A stretch of 64,000 nt of DNA, from IMG/VR virus record IMGVR_UViG_2894352420_000001, positions 1-64,000 of that record; one strand, given 5' to 3'. Below the pieces are notes generated by a model. That model saw only the letters and a list, made by a program, of their open reading frames with translations, was not told where the DNA came from and searched no databases. Source of the stretch: a virus. Its lineage: Duplodnaviria; Caudoviricetes. A program made the translations under genes and the position numbers. Below, one piece after another: positions 57,887 through 64,000 of this stretch (the stretch's first letter is position 1; each line of letters begins with the position of its first letter).

Positions 57887-58661
57887 TTTGATTTAGATTA
57901 ACAAGCTCGCCTGATTCTGTCAGCATAAACTCCAATTCGACAAGCATCCCTATAAAATCATTGTAGGCAGTATTCTGGCAAATTCCTTTAACTGACTCCT
58001 CAGGAGCATCTTTATTCTTCTTTTTGACATTCAGGTAAATAGTTTCCTTCACTTTGGGGGCCAATTCGTAAACACCCAATGATTCCAGATTCCGGAACAG
58101 GACATCACCTAAATCCACGCGGTGTGCAGGATCCTTCCTGCGTGCATCGGCATAGCCGTTCGCTACTTTTGATGCAGTTGAAATCCTTTCGGCAGTAGTA
58201 ATTTCCGGCGCAGACAACGGGGCATTATCCGCCTGCTGAGCAAACTTGACCATCACCGGTTTTCGAATTGAATCGAAGTACAGCCTAATCCATCTGACAA
58301 ACTTTGATGATGAAAAAAATATGTCCTTGCCTTCATCAAAATGCCCGTCAATGCCCATTTCCAGCGCTTTCAATATCTCATTTTGAGTGGCGAAAGGAAA
58401 CTTGGCGCAATCCGCTTCGATGGTTTGAATGAAAACTAATTCCTCTTTGTCACCGCGGGATTTCAGCCCCAGACGGATCGTGGCGATGTTACTGATTTTT
58501 TCAGCCAGCGAAAGCAGATCACAATCTTTCAACTTTTGATTCCGATCTGAGACCGTCGATAATTCAACAATCTGATTTTCAAAAACAGATAATTTTTCCA
58601 TCAGGAAATCATTCTGAATTTTGAAAGTGATGCTTTGTGAGCGTGTTGATGTTATTTCCAT
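57873..58661 (-). CDS. Hypothetical replication-module protein
   Basis: 262-aa ORF between initiator and dnaB. Confidence 0.55.
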   Translation of the reverse strand: MEITSTRSQSITFKIQNDFLMEKLSVFENQIVELSTVSDRNQKLKDCDLLSLAEKISNIATIRLGLKSRGDKEELVFIQTIEADCAKFPFATQNEILKALEMGIDGHFDEGKDIFFSSSKFVRWIRLYFDSIRKPVMVKFAQQADNAPLSAPEITTAERISTASKVANGYADARRKDPAHRVDLGDVLFRNLESLGVYELAPKVKETIYLNVKKKNKDAPEESVKGICQNTAYNDFIGMLVELEFMLTESGELVNLNQNESN

Positions 58662-59596
58662 GATTCATTTTTTTGTGCTTCACGCTGTTCCCTGATAAGA
58701 TTTACGGCTTTCCTGGTTGTCTCAACTGCAGTTTGTATTTTCCCTTTTTCGGGCTCTGATTTAGCAAGCGATGCTTTTTCAGCTCTCCAAACCGGCATAA
58801 ATTTTGGCATCCAAGCTGTAAAATATCTTCTGATATCGCTTTCAGATTTGATTCCGTGTTTTTCTGCCTTGCGATCAGAAACAAATCGATCAATCAATTC
58901 AAAATATTCACTTTCAGATACATGTGCGTTTTTTTTACACGCAGTCAAAATATCAGAATCGATTTTAAAAATTTTTTCAACTTCTTCCCAGCTTGGTATA
59001 GGCTTTCGATGATCCAGAGGATTTTCTTTCAAATCGTCTGCGAGTTTTTGAAGTTCATTTTTTACGAAATCCGGAATACCATCGTACGAAGAATCTGCTG
59101 TCGTCTCTTTTTCATCTACGTCAGTAGATGTTTTTTCTTCTTTACCTTTTACTTTACCTTTAGTTTGCGGTGTTTCTGTGACAGAAACACCGATAGAGTC
59201 GGAATTTCTGTCAAATTTACCTGACTTTCGCGCCTGCTGCTGAGAATTTTGTCTTGACAGATTTCGCTTTTCGTATACTGCTTTTAGCTTTTCATCTAAG
59301 GTTTTGCTGTATATTTTGCCATCTAGTTCAAATAAAAGTTCCAACCTGACACAGTAACTCAACACATCCCGTATTTCTGTGACAGAAACTCCGAAGTCTC
59401 CGGCTAAAAGCTCTGTTTCAAGTTCATTATTAACCCAACGATTCTCGTCGGCGGTGGTCAAAACTTCCAGAAACATAGTCCAAATGGCGTATCCAGGCAG
59501 TCCGTATTTAGCACGTATTGCTTTTATTTTCCTATGGTTGCGCATATCACCATCGTGACCAAAAAAATCAGCGTTATTTTTTGTGGGTCTTGGCAT
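58652..59596 (-). CDS. Replication initiator (DUF4373 / Lin1244-like N-terminus)
   Basis: FFGHDGDMRNHRKIKAIRAKYGLPGYAIW; low-complexity linker; upstream of helicase. Confidence 0.75.
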   Translation of the reverse strand: MPRPTKNNADFFGHDGDMRNHRKIKAIRAKYGLPGYAIWTMFLEVLTTADENRWVNNELETELLAGDFGVSVTEIRDVLSYCVRLELLFELDGKIYSKTLDEKLKAVYEKRNLSRQNSQQQARKSGKFDRNSDSIGVSVTETPQTKGKVKGKEEKTSTDVDEKETTADSSYDGIPDFVKNELQKLADDLKENPLDHRKPIPSWEEVEKIFKIDSDILTACKKNAHVSESEYFELIDRFVSDRKAEKHGIKSESDIRRYFTAWMPKFMPVWRAEKASLAKSEPEKGKIQTAVETTRKAVNLIREQREAQKNESWK

Positions 59597-59611
59597 GATT
59601 GCTTTAAATTT

Positions 59612-60154
59612 TCAATTTGATACGGCCTGCTGAAATAAATCCCGAAAATTCATATTGGTCAATCCGCCAAATCCATCATCAACGAGATTCGTTGGGATGA
59701 AATCTTCAAAGTTAGATCTCACGAAATGAACGCCTTCTATATCTACTGAGTAAGTATAACAACTTGTCCTACATGAAGACCCGGCTGCGAAGATAAAATT
59801 GGAATCAAGGTCAATCGAAGCACCGATCAGGACGATACAATAAGAAATCATATAGTCCTCAAATAGACATTTCTCTCGAAAATACTTCACCAATCCTGCT
59901 TCATATCTACATGCTTGACCGAATGCTCCAAAGCCTATTTGATCCTTTTTAAGTTCATATATGGATACTTGTATAGTATTCTCGCCGAGAAAATCGGTTG
60001 ACGAAATCCCTACAACATCCGCAATTCCATATGCTCCCATATCAACCTGCTTTAAAATTACTTTATGGTCAAAACATGTCAAGCCTCTCCGGATTAATAT
60101 TTCGGTGTTATCAGTTGATAACATATTCTCCAAATCTTTCTCCAATATTTTCAT
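59612..60154 (-). CDS. PD-(D/E)XK nuclease-like protein (NucS C-terminal-like)
   Basis: EKDLE...GIADVVGI...IYELK...GQACRY. Confidence 0.55.
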   Translation of the reverse strand: MKILEKDLENMLSTDNTEILIRRGLTCFDHKVILKQVDMGAYGIADVVGISSTDFLGENTIQVSIYELKKDQIGFGAFGQACRYEAGLVKYFREKCLFEDYMISYCIVLIGASIDLDSNFIFAAGSSCRTSCYTYSVDIEGVHFVRSNFEDFIPTNLVDDGFGGLTNMNFRDLFQQAVSN

Positions 60155-60195
60155 ATTCGAATTTAACCTAACGATTATAATTATACGTACTCCTT

Positions 60196-60483
60196 TTACA
60201 GCGAAGTTGATCTCTTATTCCGGAATACTTCAACGGATTCAATAATCGAGCGGGGAATGCTTAGTACTTTCTGCCCTTTTTCAAAACCAATAACTTTTCC
60301 TTCATCGTTTTGAACGGCTACTTCTCCGGAATATAAAAGACGGACACAACCGTTTTTGAAGTTTAATATTCCTTCATCAACTAATTCTCCGGTGAATAAA
60401 AGCGATGGCGCTTTAAATGGAGGCTCTCCTCCTTTGGTTTTAATCTGGATGAGCTGGCCAACTTTTATATGACTTGTGAACAT
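60196..60483 (-). CDS. Hypothetical protein
   Basis: 95-aa ORF behind leader element D. Confidence 0.55.
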   Translation of the reverse strand: MFTSHIKVGQLIQIKTKGGEPPFKAPSLLFTGELVDEGILNFKNGCVRLLYSGEVAVQNDEGKVIGFEKGQKVLSIPRSIIESVEVFRNKRSTSL

Positions 60484-60509
60484 AAAAATGTAATTTTGAG
60501 AGTTCTATA

Positions 60510-60637
60510 AAAACAGGAATTCCCGGAAGAGACAGCGGATGACTAGTCCTATCGTGTGCCAAGAACACACAACTGCCCCCTTCCGGGAATGTACAATCCT
60601 TGGAGTTGTAACTCAAAAAGTAGTCAGCCTTTTGGAG
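60510..60637 (-). promoter_or_regulatory. Kissing-loop leader element D
   Basis: On - strand: stem 60637-60629/60620-60612 with loop containing TGACTA; 11-bp stem 60590-60580/60529-60519 enclosing sub-hairpins, one with loop containing TAGTCA. Confidence 0.5.
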
Positions 60638-60644
60638 CGATAAG

Positions 60645-60690
60645 CAAATGTAATTAATATTTATTTATACTTACAATATAAGTATAAATA
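60645..60690 (-). promoter_or_regulatory. -7 box plus palindromic operator copy 6
   Basis: TACATTTG (-, 60645-60652); perfect 12-bp arms TATTTATACTTA-caata-TAAGTATAAATA (60662-60690). Confidence 0.75.
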
Positions 60691-60698
60691 TTTTTTTA

Positions 60699-61856
60699 TT
60701 AATCGTAAGTTTTTAATAATACGGGCATCAGAAGAATAGTCAACGATTTGCCGTATTTAGTTTTAGGATGAAATAGTGCGCATCTGTTACTCGCAGTCAC
60801 TTTGATTTCAACATCCCCACTGTACCCCGAAAGTGAATGTTTTAACAGCTTTGCATTGAAACCAATTATGATATCAGTGTCCTGAGAAATAGTTTGAACA
60901 GCCATAACCTGTGATGTTTGAATATCGTAATCGAAATCCTGTGTTGCTATTTTTAAAGCATCTTTCGAAAATTCAAACTCAACCTGGTGAGTCACTTCGT
61001 TGCTCATAAGCCTGGCTAATTCTAGCCGGTTCAAAAGCAAATTTAATGGTGCATTAACGTGGACTTTAACATCCTGAGAGATGGCGTTTTCATAATCCGG
61101 ATATCTACCATCCATTTTCTTTGTAACAACGGTACAGTTGTCAAAGATGAACGAAGCGGTCGCCTTGCCCACTTGTATTTCGACATTCTCAGATCTGGTA
61201 GTACGATTGGCTTCGAAAATATCAGATAATACCTTGTTGACAATAAACGAAGGAAAGTTAAACTGAATGTCAGTCTCATACCTTGTCAATCTGTGGCCAT
61301 CAGTTGAAACTATTTTCACATGCTCACCATAGCTGTCAATGTAAATTCCTGTCATAGCTGGACGGAGATTATCGCTTGAGGTGGACTTTTTACAAAGTTT
61401 TAGCCCTTCGCGCAGCTGGTGTAAACCCATCTGGAAAATCCCATTTTCATCACCTGCGGCGGGGAGTCTTGGCATTTCTAAATAAGTATAGTCTTCTCTT
61501 AACGTGATCGATGCATCTGTCCAGCTAATACAGATCTTTTTAAGCTTTTCTTCACCTGACACCTCAAACTGAATATGCTCATCGCTTATATATTTGATGA
61601 TGCTATTAAGTCTGGCAAACTCAATTGTGAATATCCCTGGCTGCATTACCTGCTTCAATGGAACTTTGATCAAAACGGCGGTGATCAAATCGGATCCTGA
61701 TATCAAAAGGCTGTCATCTCTGACTTCCACTATTATGGATTCGAGCATTGGAACAATTGGTGAGCGGCTCATGACCTTGGATATTACTTTTAAAGCATTC
61801 CGAAGATCCTTTGTGGCTACCCTGGCCACAATTGTCTTTTCAAGTGTTGCTTGCAT
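60699..61856 (-). CDS. dnaN: DNA polymerase III beta sliding clamp
   Basis: LLISGSDL, RPAMTGI, VSTDGHRL, GRYPDYE, IGFNAKLL, LLMPV. Confidence 0.9.
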   Translation of the reverse strand: MQATLEKTIVARVATKDLRNALKVISKVMSRSPIVPMLESIIVEVRDDSLLISGSDLITAVLIKVPLKQVMQPGIFTIEFARLNSIIKYISDEHIQFEVSGEEKLKKICISWTDASITLREDYTYLEMPRLPAAGDENGIFQMGLHQLREGLKLCKKSTSSDNLRPAMTGIYIDSYGEHVKIVSTDGHRLTRYETDIQFNFPSFIVNKVLSDIFEANRTTRSENVEIQVGKATASFIFDNCTVVTKKMDGRYPDYENAISQDVKVHVNAPLNLLLNRLELARLMSNEVTHQVEFEFSKDALKIATQDFDYDIQTSQVMAVQTISQDTDIIIGFNAKLLKHSLSGYSGDVEIKVTASNRCALFHPKTKYGKSLTILLMPVLLKTYD

Positions 61857-61945
61857 GATATTTAAATTTTAAAAAATTTGAAATCGTTACTGGTTATCCC
61901 AAACGGGATTTCGAAGTATGTCGAAGGCATATATTACTCTCAACG

Positions 61946-62443
61946 TTAAAGATTTTCGCGCTCGGCCATCACCTCAGACAATGGCCGCATGTTTGCCGGA
62001 ATTTCGTCCACTTCTTCTTCCGCAGTGTAAGGGAAAACATCCAGGATCGGCGTCAAATTCATGTCCGTAGTTTCGTAAGGAATTAGCATGGTGCGCAGAC
62101 TTTCGGTGATTCGTTGTAATGCCTGATCAATGCCGTCAGCATTCACTAGCATATAATTAACAACCTTTTTTTCCTTGCCGGATTTTTCATCGACAGAAAA
62201 GTATATCACTTTGGCTTTGAACCACTTTTCGCCATCTTCGTAAGTGAAAAGATCAGCCAGACGCATGCGGGTAATTGATGTGACACTGAAATCACTTGCA
62301 CCGGTTGTTATGCGTTTATATCCGTTTACTTCAGCTTCCGTGTAGGAAACTGCGTCAAACAAATATGCTTCGTTATGCGTTTTTAGACTTCCCGCGCTGT
62401 CTTCTGCCTGGAATCTAATTTTAACTAAATAATAGCTAGCCAT
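61946..62443 (-). CDS. DUF4494-like Bacteroidota protein
   Basis: YLFDAVSYTEAE...EKWFKAKV...MLVNA motif. Confidence 0.75.
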   Translation of the reverse strand: MASYYLVKIRFQAEDSAGSLKTHNEAYLFDAVSYTEAEVNGYKRITTGASDFSVTSITRMRLADLFTYEDGEKWFKAKVIYFSVDEKSGKEKKVVNYMLVNADGIDQALQRITESLRTMLIPYETTDMNLTPILDVFPYTAEEEVDEIPANMRPLSEVMAERENL

Positions 62444-63092
62444 GTACTTGTTGTTTTGTTGATCTGTAAGGTTTTATAATTGCTTCACTAAAACTCATGC
62501 GCTGTAATCTATTCCAGAGGGCAGAGCGCGATACTCCTAAGTCTTTTGCCCAATAGGATAGTGGCTTTCTTATTCCATTGTGCTCTAAAAATATGGTTCT
62601 ACGAGTATTGTTACTTTGCTCTTCAGTAGTTGCCCACTTGCAATTATCTGGGCAATAGTTTTCATTGACCCTAATTCTTTCAATCGATAAGATATCTGAA
62701 TACCCGTTGCCTGTAGCCCACAAGTGGAAATTCATGTAATCCATCCACTCATCACACATTGTTATCCCGCGCCCTCCATAGTTTTTATACCCTGGCTCAT
62801 TCTGGTTATAACACCTCTTTTTAATTCCTTTCCAAATTGAGTAAAGCCTGTTTTTGCCAGAAACCCTGTTTGATAAACCATGGGTAACGCATCTTTTTAT
62901 GATATTTGATACCCTTTTACATCCGCAGGTTTTAGATTTTCCAGCTTTCAAATCAGCGCCATTTACCGAAATCTGTTTTCCACATGAGCATACGCAAACC
63001 CACTGAGGTTTTTTAGAATTGCTATATCCGGAGAATTTTATTACCTCCAAGTCGCCAAATTTCTTTCCTTTCAAGTCTGTTATAGTTTTCAT
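62436..63092 (-). CDS. HNH-type homing endonuclease-like protein
   Basis: WVCVCSCG, KTCGC, THG, IWKGIKKRC, YGGRGITMCDEW, SIERIRVNENYCPDNCKW. Confidence 0.8.
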   Translation of the reverse strand: MKTITDLKGKKFGDLEVIKFSGYSNSKKPQWVCVCSCGKQISVNGADLKAGKSKTCGCKRVSNIIKRCVTHGLSNRVSGKNRLYSIWKGIKKRCYNQNEPGYKNYGGRGITMCDEWMDYMNFHLWATGNGYSDILSIERIRVNENYCPDNCKWATTEEQSNNTRRTIFLEHNGIRKPLSYWAKDLGVSRSALWNRLQRMSFSEAIIKPYRSTKQQVHG

Positions 63093-63160
63093 ATCAAATT
63101 TTTGATAAGTAACAGCTGGCCATATTTGTTTTAAATTAGATTGTGAATGATTGTTTATTA

Positions 63161-63268
63161 ATCAGGTAAATTCGAATCTTTGATTTTCTTTGACAATGGT
63201 TGTCGCAAAAGGGAAATCGGTTTTGGAAACTTGTTCGAGCATACTCTGCAATACTACCGACCATTCTG
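63161..63268 (-). pseudogene. 3' remnant of a small conserved Bacteroidota phage gene
   Basis: Start-less frame ...SVVLQSMLEQVSKTDFPFATTIVKENQRFEFT*, resembling (from memory) the GS.VL...Q...FPF.TTI....FT C-terminus of a small phage protein family. Confidence 0.4.
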
Positions 63269-63871
63269 CTATTCGTAGACAAAATTCGTTTTGTTACTAC
63301 GCTTCCCTGAAAGCATTGCGGTTAGATGATTTCGACTTACCCCAATATGCAAAGCGGCTTCCTTGACGCTATTAAATTTTTGTCCCGTCAAGCTGTCTAT
63401 TACAGAAATAGAACCTTTATGTCCAAAATTTCCCACTTTCAAAGGTGTTTGAATAGCGCTCCCAGAATCCCATCCATTATGTATTCTTCTTCTGATGGTA
63501 TTGTATTTACTTACTGGCCATTTTAATTTTTCAGAAAGAAGTGTTAGTGAAATAAGTTCTCCATCATAATCAACCATTACAGTATTCGACCTATTTGAAG
63601 TATTTACAATCTTGGTAACAAACCTGCAATTCTCTGGATAGTAACCTTTATCATTTTCTTTTCTGTCCAATTCAAGGCCTTGCTCATATCCATTTTCGAG
63701 CGCCCAGTCCCGAAAAACAGTAAAAACCTCCCACTCTGAACAAACGGTAATTCCCTTGTCAAAATAATGCTCACGTCCTTTCCATTTAGACAATACTCTT
63801 TGACGCATAGAAGCCCATTTTTTAAAAAGATCTGTATTGGTTTCACCGTGCATTTCCCTAAACTTTCTCAT
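63269..63871 (-). CDS. HNH-type homing endonuclease-like protein with C-terminal NUMOD1/HTH
   Basis: HGET...WASMRQR, ITVCSEW, LDRKENDKGYYPENCRF; C-terminal FNSVKEAALHIGVS. Confidence 0.75.
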   Translation of the reverse strand: MRKFREMHGETNTDLFKKWASMRQRVLSKWKGREHYFDKGITVCSEWEVFTVFRDWALENGYEQGLELDRKENDKGYYPENCRFVTKIVNTSNRSNTVMVDYDGELISLTLLSEKLKWPVSKYNTIRRRIHNGWDSGSAIQTPLKVGNFGHKGSISVIDSLTGQKFNSVKEAALHIGVSRNHLTAMLSGKRSNKTNFVYE

Positions 63872-63891
63872 ATATCATAAATTAATACAAA

Positions 63892-63965
63892 CAAATGTAC
63901 ATCTTTTCTTTTACATTAATTATAAAAATGTACATTTATTTATTTACTTTTTATAAGTACATTTG
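63892..63965. promoter_or_regulatory. Divergent switch region: two -7 boxes and three GTAC-centred palindromes
   Basis: TACATTTG on - (63892-63899) and on + (63958-63965); AAATGTACAT, AAATGTACATTT and AAGTACATTT sites. Confidence 0.65.
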
Positions 63966-63968
63966 CAT

Positions 63969-64000
63969 ATGGATATAGAGAATTACTTAAAAAATCAGTC
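63969..64000 (+). CDS. 5' end of a probable repressor gene (truncated by window), apparently leaderless
   Basis: ATG 3 nt after the -7 box; MDIENYLKNQ...; divergent from the early operon; identity inferred from position only. Confidence 0.35.
   Translation, partial: MDIENYLKNQ

Noticed and set aside
1068-63846. Many 60-130 aa antisense or out-of-frame ORFs nested in long genes
   Set aside because: Shadow ORFs of well-supported genes, with no motifs or initiation context.
1-64000. Integrase, att sites, transposons, rRNA, group I/II introns
   Set aside because: No supporting motifs or ORFs seen; prophage boundaries probably lie outside the window.

Overview
The whole window reads as one temperate siphovirus-like phage or prophage of a Bacteroidota host (TAnnTTTG promoters, signal peptides followed by Gln; Cytophagales-like by inference). 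No integrase or att site is visible, and the probable repressor gene starts at the right edge. Left to right: tail genes (-); a ~9 kb insert between tape measure and Dit (initiator tRNA, a ~540-nt structured non-coding region, RusA, an RNA ligase/Pnkp/AEP-like operon, a two-gene defence-like cassette); tail and head genes (-); a divergent arm with three exported proteins, lysis genes, an ABC-ATPase-TOPRIM gene, a six-repeat SGNH protein, terminase, portal, a small kinase and a MuF toxin-like protein; a methyltransferase; an umuD-umuC-SRAP-Fpg cassette; replication genes (dnaB, initiator, dnaN); HNH genes; and the switch region. The most unusual signals are non-coding: (i) four promoter-linked leader RNAs with a shared hairpin / terminator-like-stem architecture whose loops are complementary but differ in sequence between copies; (ii) six copies of an ATACTTA-N5-TAAGTAT palindrome over promoter -33 regions; (iii) an ACACAC(T) element upstream of 14 start codons, mostly late genes; (iv) a candidate large structured ncRNA behind the tRNA. 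All protein family calls come from motif recognition by eye, not from database searches.
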